Shown: positions 1 to 9,326 of the stretch, one piece after another
Numbering within the stretch: position 1 is the stretch's first letter
Layout: every line of letters begins with the position of its first letter
Source of the DNA: Obrimoposthia wandeli
Taxonomy: Eukaryota
Assembly: GCA_977020255.1 (NCBI GenBank)
Contig: CDROCS010003840.1
Location: 124,001 to 188,000 of the forward strand
Reading direction: 5' to 3'
Length of the DNA stretch: 64,000 nucleotides
Position numbers and translations under genes: made by a program
The notes under the pieces: generated by a model
The model's database searches: none
Told to the model about the DNA's origin: nothing
What the model saw: the letters and a program-made list of their open reading frames with translations, nothing else

Positions 1-1
1 A

Positions 2-652
2 AGATTAAAAGTTGAATCTGAACGACTTGAACAAAATTATCAACAGCAAAAGTCAGTAACGGTTAATGATGCAGAAAAATTGACTGTTCTTATTTATCAA
101 GTCGTTAATGCGATTAATGAATATTTGATCGTTGAAATAAAAGACTCCAATAATATCCCACTGAATATAGACGCAAAGAAAACCTCATCTATCGTAGACG
201 CAAGTGATGAAGTGTCGGGGAGTACCAAACAGTCAGTGGTTGATAAAGATAAAGAAAAAAGACCGTCATTTTCTGAATCCACATCTAAGGTTGCTATCGA
301 TCTTCCACTGATGTTGGAAGCAATGGATGGCGATCTAGATTCTGTACAAATAATCTTGGGTATCTTTATGGATGAACATGCCTCTGATGCAGAAAAATTA
401 CACCATTTCGTATCGCAGTGTGAGCCAACCAATATTAGCGAACCAGCTATCAGAATCGTACATAGCTTAAAAGGTGTAGCAGGTAGTTTGGGCGCGGCAA
501 AACTAAAAGCGATAACGGGTGAAATTGAAATGAAGTTTATACAGCATCAAGTTGTGGGTGATGCGGATTATCGCGTTTTATCTCTTGCTCTAGATGAATG
601 TATTACGCAAGCTATATCTTATATTTCTGAAGAATCTAATGTTCATGCTTAA
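2..652 (+). CDS. C-terminal part of an HPt-domain signalling protein (probably a hybrid sensor kinase); 5' end lies outside the window
   Basis: Frame is open from base 2, so the TTG at 80 is not the true start. HPt signature VHSLKGVAGSLGA. Confidence 0.75.
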   Translation, partial: RLKVESERLEQNYQQQKSVTVNDAEKLTVLIYQVVNAINEYLIVEIKDSNNIPLNIDAKKTSSIVDASDEVSGSTKQSVVDKDKEKRPSFSESTSKVAIDLPLMLEAMDGDLDSVQIILGIFMDEHASDAEKLHHFVSQCEPTNISEPAIRIVHSLKGVAGSLGAAKLKAITGEIEMKFIQHQVVGDADYRVLSLALDECITQAISYISEESNVHA

Positions 653-737
653 GGTTTGAAAGCTCAGACGTTATTACAGTATTTTACGCTGTAAAATGAT
701 GGATTTATCGACATAAAAGTGTGATCGAAGTATTATT

Positions 738-751
738 TTGATCTTAATCAA
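738..751. promoter_or_regulatory. FNR-type box
   Basis: TTGAT-CTTA-ATCAA, a perfect match to TTGAT-N4-ATCAA, 36 nt before the ATG at 788. Confidence 0.55.
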
Positions 752-787
752 CAATCAAATGGTGTAGCGGCGGATAATAGCCGCACT

Positions 788-1150
788 ATGACAGTACTAA
801 ATAGACATTCAGTTCGTACGCAACGTGAACTGGATACAGTGACGGCGATGATTCGCCTATATTGTAAAACGTTGCACCGTGGGGCGATTACTTGCCCTGA
901 ATGTGAAAGTCTTCTCGCGTATGTTGAAAGTAGGATGGCTAATTGTCGTTTATCCGATGAAAAACCAACATGCTTACAATGTCAGGGACATTGTTACCAA
1001 TCAGCAAAACGCTTGCAAATCATGCATGTGGTGCGCTGGTCGTTACCAAGGTTCATGTGGCGGCATCCAGTTAAAGCGCTGCAGTTTAAATTCGATAAGA
1101 TGCGTTCAAACACTATTTTATCTTCACGTAGAGCTGGCTATATTAAATAG
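788..1150 (+). CDS. ygbA: YgbA / nitrous oxide-stimulated promoter family protein
   Basis: Cys pattern CPEC...C...KPTCLQCQGHCY and MWRHP tail, typical of the family. Confidence 0.75.
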   Translation: MTVLNRHSVRTQRELDTVTAMIRLYCKTLHRGAITCPECESLLAYVESRMANCRLSDEKPTCLQCQGHCYQSAKRLQIMHVVRWSLPRFMWRHPVKALQFKFDKMRSNTILSSRRAGYIK

Positions 1151-1295
1151 CTTGATGATAGTGATAGAGCAAGGGCGGGAGCCGCTGAAGTAGGGTATTA
1201 CAAAGGCTGTGTTTTGAGAGTTGTTTTTCGGTAATCATCAAATTACCGAAGTACAGTTAACAGATCACAGCCTTTTTTATTACGTATGTTTTATA

Positions 1296-2432
1296 TTAAC
1301 CAGCAATCTTGGTTAATACTTTCATCAGTAGTTTAATGCGAGGTTCGATAGTATCGAGCTCTAAGTACTCATCAGCACTGTGGAAGCCTGCACCAGCAGG
1401 ACCAAGGCCATCAAGTGTTGGAATGCCCATTACCGCGGTTAGGTTAGCATCTGAGCCACCACCCACTTCTTGCCACTTAATATCGATACCAAGCTCTTTG
1501 CCTGATTCTTCAACCAATGCCATCAGTGCTTCTGTTTTCTCTGTTGGTACCATTGATGGTTTATGCGCTTCACGTTCAACCGTGATAGTCACGCCTTCAA
1601 CAAAGGGTGTTTCTGTTAGTGCACGAATCTTCGCATCAGCTTCAGCGTATTCGTCGTTATCCCAGAAACGTACATCAACAACCGCTTCTGCTGAATCAGG
1701 TACGATATTCGCACCAGCACCACCTTTGGCGATACCGACATTTAACGTAGTACCTGATTCAAAATTGGTTAGATTGTTTATCGCCAAAACCCAGTTAGCC
1801 ATTTCAGTGATAGCACTACGACCGTTCTGCGGTTCGTTGCCAGCATGCGCGGCTTTACCTGCGAATGTTAGGCGGTAACGCGCCATTCCTTTACGTGCTT
1901 TCACTAAAGAGCCATCAGCACGTGCAGCTTCTGCAACAAGTACATTTTTTGCATTTACGGCAACGCTTTTTAGCCATGCTTCAGAGTGCAATGAACCAAT
2001 TTCTTCATCAGGGTTCATGCAAATGCAGATAGATAGCTTATCGAGCGTTTCTTTGTCCATATTACGTAAAGCATGAACAACATTAAGTAAACCAGATTTC
2101 ATGTCAGAAACGCCTGGACCGTATGCGCGTTTTTCATCAAACGTCATAGGTCGTGCTGCAACGGTACCTTCTGGAAAAACAGTATCCATGTGGCCAATAA
2201 GCATTACGTCGATGTCGCTGCTTTCAGGTTTGTTACGTACTTCTATGCCTGTACCCGCAATACCACAATCGATACGTTTTACGTACCAACCCATATCTAG
2301 ATACTTTTGCTGCATTTGAGTGGCAATAACTTCGATACCGTCTTTAGTATACGTGCCGCAATCAACATCAATTAATGGGCGTAGTTCTTGTAAGTAATTT
2401 TCTAGAGAAAAATCTTGTAGGGCGAAAGTCAT
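1296..2432 (-). CDS. M20 family metallopeptidase (glutamate carboxypeptidase-like)
   Basis: GHMDTVF, GPGVSDMK, DEEIGS, GGGSD and HSADE motifs. Start moved to the ATG at 2432, which follows GGAG. Confidence 0.9.
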   Translation of the reverse strand: MTFALQDFSLENYLQELRPLIDVDCGTYTKDGIEVIATQMQQKYLDMGWYVKRIDCGIAGTGIEVRNKPESSDIDVMLIGHMDTVFPEGTVAARPMTFDEKRAYGPGVSDMKSGLLNVVHALRNMDKETLDKLSICICMNPDEEIGSLHSEAWLKSVAVNAKNVLVAEAARADGSLVKARKGMARYRLTFAGKAAHAGNEPQNGRSAITEMANWVLAINNLTNFESGTTLNVGIAKGGAGANIVPDSAEAVVDVRFWDNDEYAEADAKIRALTETPFVEGVTITVEREAHKPSMVPTEKTEALMALVEESGKELGIDIKWQEVGGGSDANLTAVMGIPTLDGLGPAGAGFHSADEYLELDTIEPRIKLLMKVLTKIAG

Positions 2433-2540
2433 CGGAAACTCCAAAGAGACTCAGTGGTGAGTTTTAATCGCGAAAAGAAGGGAGAGAGCAGAGGCCCTCT
2501 CCATTAACATCTATATACGGAAAAGCGGTATATGGAAAAC

Positions 2541-3002
2541 CTATACCAGAATGTTCATTACAAACATTGCTGCAAAAGCGTTGAGCACAGATAGAGCAAT
2601 CATTACTGGAATGTATCGGCCTTCAGTTTTGATAGGGCCCATGATGCGACCCATGTATTGAACCTGAGAGCCCATAAGGTAGATTGCTGGGGCTAAAATT
2701 GCGATGTGTTGACCATTTAAGATACCTTGGTCGAAAAGTGTAATAACCACACCTACCGCACCGCCCATCGACATCCAAGCACCGATCAGCACGGCAGCAG
2801 CTTCACCAGGAAGACCAAATACAGCCATAATGGGTGAGAATACGGTCCCCATTAGTTCTAAAGCGCCAGTGATCTGCAATGCTTTGATGATCACGAAAGC
2901 CATTAATACGTTGGGTACGGTTGACGTTGTAGCAATTACCCAACCTTTCTTAGCACCTTCAACGAAGATGTCCGTCACCATTGGTTTTTTAGCCGTAGTC
3001 AT
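2541..3002 (-). CDS. yjiG: YjiG-family membrane protein (Gate/nucleoside-recognition domain)
   Basis: DIFVEGAKKGW...PNVLMAF motif. Its start overlaps the yjiH stop. Confidence 0.85.
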   Translation of the reverse strand: MTTAKKPMVTDIFVEGAKKGWVIATTSTVPNVLMAFVIIKALQITGALELMGTVFSPIMAVFGLPGEAAAVLIGAWMSMGGAVGVVITLFDQGILNGQHIAILAPAIYLMGSQVQYMGRIMGPIKTEGRYIPVMIALSVLNAFAAMFVMNILV

Positions 3003-3733
3003 TATGCTGTTTCCTCTTTCATTTCAGGCTTTGTATCTTCTTTATCAGCTTTACCTTCAGTAATGTTTAGGTATAAGCGGAACATGTTGGCACCGACAAA
3101 CTTAAAGATAAACATAATGGCAACAGCGAGACCAATTGATGATGTAACCGCTGGCGTACCATCGGTATTGGTTAATGTGAACAGTACAGCGCCAGAAGAG
3201 AAGAAGTTAACAATAGCTGCACCCGCAGAAAACTGGAACATAGTGAAAACATCGGTTTCACGTTTGGTCAGGTGGCCTTCATCTTTTAACTGGCGGGTCA
3301 TTGCAGCGCCTGCATCTGTACTTTGCAGCGAGGCAATCAGTGCAAGGCCAGAGTTACCAGGAATACCCATTAAAGGGCGAAGTAGTGGCGTCAGAATTTT
3401 ACGAGCCGCATCTAGCGCACCATAATGTTCCAGAACATTGATCATACCTAAAGCGAACATTACTGTTGGAATTAATGTTAATGCGAATAGGAAACCGTCA
3501 CGAGCACCACTACCACCTTTACCGCGCATGGATGTTGAAGCGGTTTGGATGCCATCTGCTGTCTCGTTTACTGAGTGAACAACGCTACCAAATGAACCAT
3601 TTAACGTTGTGAAATCAAAAACACCATACCATTCGTTTGATTGAAGTAGCCCAGAAAAGAAGACAACAGCAAAGGCGAGGGCAATGTAGCTGCCAATCGT
3701 TACTTTGCGGTCTTGTCCAACCTGATTGCTCAT
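3002..3733 (-). CDS. yjiH: YjiH-family membrane protein (Gate domain)
   Basis: GSGARDGFLFAL, LLRPLMGIPG and SLQSTDAGA motifs. Confidence 0.85.
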   Translation of the reverse strand: MSNQVGQDRKVTIGSYIALAFAVVFFSGLLQSNEWYGVFDFTTLNGSFGSVVHSVNETADGIQTASTSMRGKGGSGARDGFLFALTLIPTVMFALGMINVLEHYGALDAARKILTPLLRPLMGIPGNSGLALIASLQSTDAGAAMTRQLKDEGHLTKRETDVFTMFQFSAGAAIVNFFSSGAVLFTLTNTDGTPAVTSSIGLAVAIMFIFKFVGANMFRLYLNITEGKADKEDTKPEMKEETA

Positions 3734-3878
3734 GAATATAACCCCTTAGGAAATTAAAATCGCAAATGCGAAAATGTGTCTTTCGTAATCCTGTTCAAAA
3801 GTTTTAATATTTTGATACAAGTGAAAACTAAGATTTAAATAAACTAGTGCTATTTTCACTGATTTTGATGGGGTTTTA

Positions 3879-3892
3879 TTGATTGGGGTCAA
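3879..3892. promoter_or_regulatory. FNR-like box upstream of yjiH
   Basis: TTGAT-TGGG-GTCAA, 9/10 match to consensus. Confidence 0.35.
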
Positions 3893-4095
3893 CATGTGCT
3901 ACTGAATATTAACACTTTGGAGTTAGTTGGTGTTTTTGTGAACTTATTCACTAAAAATACATCTTTAACATGTTTTTTAATTTAATGGCTTATTTTGTAT
4001 TTTTGTTAATTTCAATCGTTATATAACAGTAGCTTATGTTTTAATATGAAAATATAATCGGATGATATGTGACAAATAACATACACTATAGGTGT

Positions 4096-4126
4096 AAAAA
4101 AAGAGCGCTATTAGGCGCTCTTCTTT
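4096..4126. terminator. Intrinsic terminator downstream of nhaC
   Basis: AAGAGCGC/GCGCTCTT stem with flanking A and T tracts. Confidence 0.75.
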
Positions 4127-4153
4127 GAGTTGCTTATTTTGTGTTTTTTACTG

Positions 4154-5593
4154 TTAAGCTGTTTGTTGAGTAACGGCTAGGTTCTCATTCTCATCAGTTT
4201 CTTCAGTAATTGTTGGTGGACAACGGTCAACAAACCAACCCATGTAAGATGTCACGATAGTCACAATAATACAGACAAAGCTTAACCACATAAATGGTGC
4301 GTAAGAGAAGGTTGCAACCCCCAAGATACTCGCCATGTAAATACCGTTATCACTCCAAGGCACCATACCAGATGTTAACGTACCGCCAAATTCAGCGTTA
4401 CGAGACAGGTTCTTACGTTGGTAACCTAGGCGGTCATAGTTCTTCGCACAGATTTTAGGCGTTAGAATTAATGATACGTACATAGCAGAGCCAAATACGT
4501 TACCAAAGAATGCAGTCGCAATCGTCGATGTAGCTAAGCTACCCGCAGAGTTAACGCGTTTTTCGAATAGCTTAGCAACAGTTTGTAGTACACCTACTTT
4601 ATCAAGTAGACCACCAAAACCTAGACCAAAGATGATAACGGCTACTGAACCCAGCATAGAAGACATGCCACCACGGTTTAGAATCGCATCAATGAAGTCA
4701 ACGCCAGAACTAATAGAGAAAGGTGCCCATGCAGTGTTAAATGCCACTAGTGGGTCCATATCTTGAACCATTACCGCCCATACGATACCCAACAGCGAAC
4801 CGAAAGAGATAACAGGGAAAGACGGTAGGCGCATTGCCAGTAGACCTAGAACAATAATCACAGGGATGAAAGAGAATGGAGAGATAACAAACTGATTTTC
4901 CATCGCAACAATGACAGAGTCAACCTGAGCCATGTCTACATTACCTGCATAGTGCAAACCAGCACCGGTAAATAGAATACCTGTAATGATGTAACTGATT
5001 AATGCGATAGGTAACATGCCTTTGATGTGTTCCATCACTTCTACGCCAGACATAGAAGAAGCAAGAATTACCGAATCAGATAGTGGTGACATTTTGTCAC
5101 CAAAGTAACAACCTGAAAGCACAGCACCTGCAGTCATTGGAGCTGGAACACCAAGACCTTGTCCAATCCCCATCATCGCGATACCAGCGGTACCTGCTGC
5201 ACCCCAAGATGTACCTGTTGCCAACGCTGTTAGTGAACAAATAATCATGGTTGCAAGCAAGAAAATGGATGGATGAATGGCTTGCAAGCCGTAATAAATG
5301 ATTGTCGGAACAATACCACCAGCAATCCAAGTTCCCACAAGAGAACCTACAGCAAGCAGTATTAGTACAGCCCCTAAGCCATTTGAAATGCCTTGGGTTG
5401 CTGCTTTTTCAAGCGATTTATAGTCATGGCCAAGTTTGATACCTAGCGTGATAATAATGAACCAGCCGATATAAAGTGCTAGTTGAATAGGTAAATCAAG
5501 TTTAGCGGTGAAAGAGAATGCCAGTGCAAGGAAAGTACCAAGGGCAAGGATCACTTGCATTAGCGATGGTAGCTTCATAGTCTGTTTTTCCAT
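4154..5593 (-). CDS. nhaC: NhaC-family Na+/H+ antiporter or amino acid transporter
   Basis: ATGTSWG, GCYFGDKMSPLSD and GMVPW motifs; multi-TM protein; divergent from asd. Confidence 0.85.
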   Translation of the reverse strand: MEKQTMKLPSLMQVILALGTFLALAFSFTAKLDLPIQLALYIGWFIIITLGIKLGHDYKSLEKAATQGISNGLGAVLILLAVGSLVGTWIAGGIVPTIIYYGLQAIHPSIFLLATMIICSLTALATGTSWGAAGTAGIAMMGIGQGLGVPAPMTAGAVLSGCYFGDKMSPLSDSVILASSMSGVEVMEHIKGMLPIALISYIITGILFTGAGLHYAGNVDMAQVDSVIVAMENQFVISPFSFIPVIIVLGLLAMRLPSFPVISFGSLLGIVWAVMVQDMDPLVAFNTAWAPFSISSGVDFIDAILNRGGMSSMLGSVAVIIFGLGFGGLLDKVGVLQTVAKLFEKRVNSAGSLATSTIATAFFGNVFGSAMYVSLILTPKICAKNYDRLGYQRKNLSRNAEFGGTLTSGMVPWSDNGIYMASILGVATFSYAPFMWLSFVCIIVTIVTSYMGWFVDRCPPTITEETDENENLAVTQQTA

Positions 5594-6363
5594 ACTGTTA
5601 ACCTTGTTTGATCGAGCTTATTAAAGGGGGAACCCTGAAACTAACGTCATTAAGAACGTTAATAATTAATTTTTCTTCTGATCACTGAGTCCTTCTTTAA
5701 AGAGACTCATGTTGTTTCGGCGCTACTCTATCTAAATGAGTTGCTCACTGCGATAGATATTGTACTTTTCTGTGACCTGAATCTTTTAGTACTGATAAAC
5801 GCTTAAAAATATATGTTTACATGTGTTTTTACTGTTAATTTTAGGTTTTAAATTTGTTCTTGTGTTGTTTTTTAATCGATTTATAAGTTGTGTTTTTATA
5901 TTAATGATGTGGTTTTTAAAGTGTAAATAACTACATATACTTATTTTATTGGTACTTTAAGTCTGCCTAATCAGTCTGCGTAGGTTATCAGGGTGTGGGT
6001 TTTTATTCAAAACTTGTGGTTTGTTTGATTTTATTGGTTGGCGGTTAAAAGTTATTTGTAGTGTGTGAATTGTTCACTCTTATTTGCTTTTGTTTGCAAA
6101 TTAATCATCTTTGGAATGTTTTCTAGCCCGTATTAATTGTTGACCGAATGTGTATCTTTACTGTCTTAGATGCCCACTAATTTCTAGATATTAAATAAGT
6201 AAAACAAAACGTGTCCGGATTTTTTATGCAATTTCTTCAGATTCTGCTTGTTTTTCACAGTTTAAATCTCTATAGATGGAAGTAGAAATACTCATTCGTG
6301 TAGTGATAGGAATATTACTACAAGCGTTGGGTTTGTAATTATGAACAAGGAGTGTAGCAAGCG

Positions 6364-7482
6364 ATGATGAAGGTTGGTTTAGTTGGTTGGCGTGGCATGG
6401 TAGGTTCTGTGCTAATGCAGCGCATGGTTGAAGAGGGTGACTTCAATTTTATTGAGCCTGTATTTTATTCAACATCTCAAATCGGAATCCCAGCGCCTAA
6501 CTTAGGTAAAGATGCTGGCTTACTGCAAGATGCGTTTGATATTGAAAGCTTGAAAAAGCTGGACACCATTATTACCTGTCAAGGTGGTAGCTATACAGAA
6601 AAAGTATACCCAGCATTGCGTGCTGCAGGTTGGAAAGGTTATTGGATTGATGCTGCCTCTACATTACGTATGGATCCTCAATCTATTATTACGCTAGATC
6701 CGGTTAACTTTGATCAAATCAAACAGGGCATTCATAGCGGTACTAACACTTATGTGGGTGGTAACTGTACGGTTAGCTTGATGCTAATGGCGGTTGGTGG
6801 CCTTTATAAAGCAGGCCTTGTTGAGTGGATGACATCGCAAACTTACCAAGCGGCTTCTGGTGCGGGTGCGAAAAATATGCGTGAGTTGATCAACCAAATG
6901 GGTGTGATTAACGATACGGTGTCAAGCGAGCTTGCAAACCCAGCCACATCGATTCTAGATATTGATCGTAAAGTATCTGAAACCTTACGTTCACCAGGTT
7001 TTCCTGCGCAAGAATTTGGCGCTCCGCTTGCGGGTTCATTAATTCCGTGGATTGATGTGAAGCGTGAAAATGGCCAGAGTAAAGAAGAGTGGAAAGCGTC
7101 GGTAGAAACAAACAAAATTCTTGGCTTACAAGATAACCCAGTGCCGATTGATGGTACGTGTGTACGTATTGGTGCTATGCGCTGTCACAGCCAAGCATTA
7201 ACGTTGAAGCTAAAGAAGAATGTACCATTAGATGAGATCGAAGAAATGATCGCATCACATAATGATTGGGTTAAAGTGATCCCGAATGAACGTGATGCGA
7301 CTGTTCAAGAGCTTAGCCCTGCGAAAGTAACGGGCACATTGTCTGTTCCAGTTGGTCGTTTACGTAAACTGGCAATGGGTGATGATTTCCTTAATGCCTT
7401 TACTGTTGGTGACCAATTACTATGGGGTGCTGCAGAGCCACTTCGTCGTACACTTCGTATTATCTTGTCTGAAAAAGCGTAA
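6364..7482 (+). CDS. asd: Aspartate-semialdehyde dehydrogenase
   Basis: [20 protein letters not shown] and [10 protein letters not shown] motifs. Confidence 0.97.
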   Translation: MMKVGLVGWRGMVGSVLMQRMVEEGDFNFIEPVFYSTSQIGIPAPNLGKDAGLLQDAFDIESLKKLDTIITCQGGSYTEKVYPALRAAGWKGYWIDAASTLRMDPQSIITLDPVNFDQIKQGIHSGTNTYVGGNCTVSLMLMAVGGLYKAGLVEWMTSQTYQAASGAGAKNMRELINQMGVINDTVSSELANPATSILDIDRKVSETLRSPGFPAQEFGAPLAGSLIPWIDVKRENGQSKEEWKASVETNKILGLQDNPVPIDGTCVRIGAMRCHSQALTLKLKKNVPLDEIEEMIASHNDWVKVIPNERDATVQELSPAKVTGTLSVPVGRLRKLAMGDDFLNAFTVGDQLLWGAAEPLRRTLRIILSEKA

Positions 7483-7498
7483 CGTAAAAACAACAAAT

Positions 7499-7526
7499 AA
7501 AAAAGCCTGCAATTAAGCAGGCTTTG
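7499..7526. terminator. Bidirectional terminator between asd and sodB
   Basis: AAAGCCTGC/GCAGGCTTT stem between convergent genes. Confidence 0.75.
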
Positions 7527-7557
7527 TTGGCAATAATTGAACCGCAATGAAGCGATA

Positions 7558-8142
7558 TTATGCCGCTAGGTTCTTCGCTACAAATTCCCAGTTTACTAGT
7601 GACCAGAAAGCAGCCATGTAATCAGGACGAACGTTACGGAAATCGATGTAGTAAGCGTGTTCCCACAGATCAACAGTAAGAAGAGGAGTAACACCTTCTT
7701 CTGTGATTGGAGTACCAGCGTTAGATGTGTTTACGATTTCTAGAGAACCGTCAGCGTTCTTAACAAGCCAAGTCCAAGAAGAACCGAAGTTGTTGATTGC
7801 TGAATCAGTGAATTTCGCTTTGAATTCTTCGAAAGAACCGAATGCTTTAGCGATAGCGTCTGCTACTTCACCTGTTGGTGCGCCGCCAGCGTTAGGGCTT
7901 AGGCAGTGCCAGTAGAACGTGTGGTTCCAGATCTGAGCTGCGTTGTTAAATACACCACCAGTTGAAGTCTTGATGATATCTTCAAGAGACTGCTCTGCTA
8001 GATCAGTACCTTCAACAAGGCCGTTTAGCTTAACAACGTAAGTGTTGTGGTGCTTACCGTGGTGGTATTCTAGCGTTTCTTGAGAGATATGTGGCTCAAG
8101 AGCGTTGATTGCGTACGGTAGAGCTGGTAATTCAAATGCCAT
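7558..8142 (-). CDS. sodB: Fe superoxide dismutase
   Basis: HHGKHH, NNAAQIWNH (Fe-type Gln) and DLWEHAYY motifs. Confidence 0.96.
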   Translation of the reverse strand: MAFELPALPYAINALEPHISQETLEYHHGKHHNTYVVKLNGLVEGTDLAEQSLEDIIKTSTGGVFNNAAQIWNHTFYWHCLSPNAGGAPTGEVADAIAKAFGSFEEFKAKFTDSAINNFGSSWTWLVKNADGSLEIVNTSNAGTPITEEGVTPLLTVDLWEHAYYIDFRNVRPDYMAAFWSLVNWEFVAKNLAA

Positions 8143-8401
8143 TGCTCAATTCTCCATTTGGTATATTAGAGAGGGACAAGCCCTCGACATTGCTTCCGGC
8201 AGACTTCAAACGAGCCCGCATTATTTTTCTAAACTGACGGGTTTTATTTTAGCAAGTTTTTACTTTATTAAAAGCCCTAAACACTAAAAATCGTCATGTA
8301 ATATATCCTTACAGATAATAGGCGTTTTTTTCCAGTCCGTGACAACGTAGAATGTCACTGTTATAAGACCCTATATAAGCAAATTGTTGTAAGAGGAAGC
8401 T

Positions 8402-8743
8402 ATGGAAACCATCGATAAAATTAAGCAGCAAATTTCAGAAAACCCAATTCTGTTATACATGAAAGGCTCTCCAAAACTACCAAGCTGTGGTTTTTCATCT
8501 CAAACGTCACAAGCGCTAATGTCATGCGGTGAGAAGTTTGCTTACGTAGATATTCTTCAAAACCCAGACATCCGTGCAGAACTACCTGTTTACGCACAAT
8601 GGCCAACTTTCCCACAATTGTGGATCGACGGTGAGCTAATTGGTGGTTGTGATATCGTTCTGGAAATGTTCCAGAAAGGTGAACTTCAGCCGCTAATCAA
8701 AGAAGCTGCTGTACGTCGTGATGGCGAAGCTGCTGCTGAGTAA
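8402..8743 (+). CDS. grxD: Monothiol glutaredoxin Grx4
   Basis: CGFS active site and WPTFPQL motif. Confidence 0.96.
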   Translation: METIDKIKQQISENPILLYMKGSPKLPSCGFSSQTSQALMSCGEKFAYVDILQNPDIRAELPVYAQWPTFPQLWIDGELIGGCDIVLEMFQKGELQPLIKEAAVRRDGEAAAE

Positions 8744-8859
8744 GCGCTAATATACCTTCCTTTTTTAGGCGGGTTATATATACAAAGCCCCGCAGGTCGG
8801 GGCTTTGCTGTATCTGGTCATTGTCCCATCCGGAATAGTCTTATTTTTTACAGCGGCCT

Positions 8860-9126
8860 CTAACTACCTGCAATTAATTCTCGTCCAAATTCAGCATGCG
8901 TAGTCAGTGGAGTAATCGCCATAATGGTATCTAAGCGTATTGGCTGCGATTGTCCATTTTGCTCTATAACTAACCATTCCGATTTATCTGCTTGGGTTCT
9001 GGTATCAATCGCCGTGCCGACCAAGGTCGTCTTGTCGTTCAGTTCAATAGATAACAGATAACGTCGCATGCAAGCAATCTCGATAAAATCGTACCGTTGG
9101 CATTGGATCGGCTGGTAGTCGCTCAT
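8860..9126 (-). CDS. rof: Rho-binding antiterminator Rof
   Basis: YQPIQCQRYDFIEIAC N-terminus and IRLD motif; 88 aa. Confidence 0.88.
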   Translation of the reverse strand: MSDYQPIQCQRYDFIEIACMRRYLLSIELNDKTTLVGTAIDTRTQADKSEWLVIEQNGQSQPIRLDTIMAITPLTTHAEFGRELIAGS

Positions 9127-9154
9127 ATGTATCCTGTGGTTTTGTCAGTACCTA

Positions 9155-9209
9155 TATAACCAAGTTACCTCAAGATGTCGGTATCAGCGAGAATTTGTTG
9201 AGATCGAGG
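9155..9209 (+). repeat. Truncated left end of the ERIC-like MITE found at 50343
   Basis: 47/55 identity by hand alignment to 50343-50397. Confidence 0.75.
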
Positions 9210-9326
9210 TTAGGTGAACAATCGATAGATGAAAAAAATCCGCCCATAGAAGGACGGATTCAGATGTTATGTTTGCCAATATTATTTAACCAATAGGTAA
9301 TTAACCAGTATTTGGTTAACCAAAGG

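Noticed and set aside
879-1193. 104-aa alternative-frame ORF, and similar short overlapping ORFs elsewhere in the track
   Set aside because: They overlap better-supported genes and have no RBS or motif support.
5640-5800. Canonical lysine riboswitch before nhaC
   Set aside because: AGUA and GCCGAA are present, but the 5' AGAGG-N-GC and the 3' P4/P5 consensus are not. Kept only as an unassigned structured leader.
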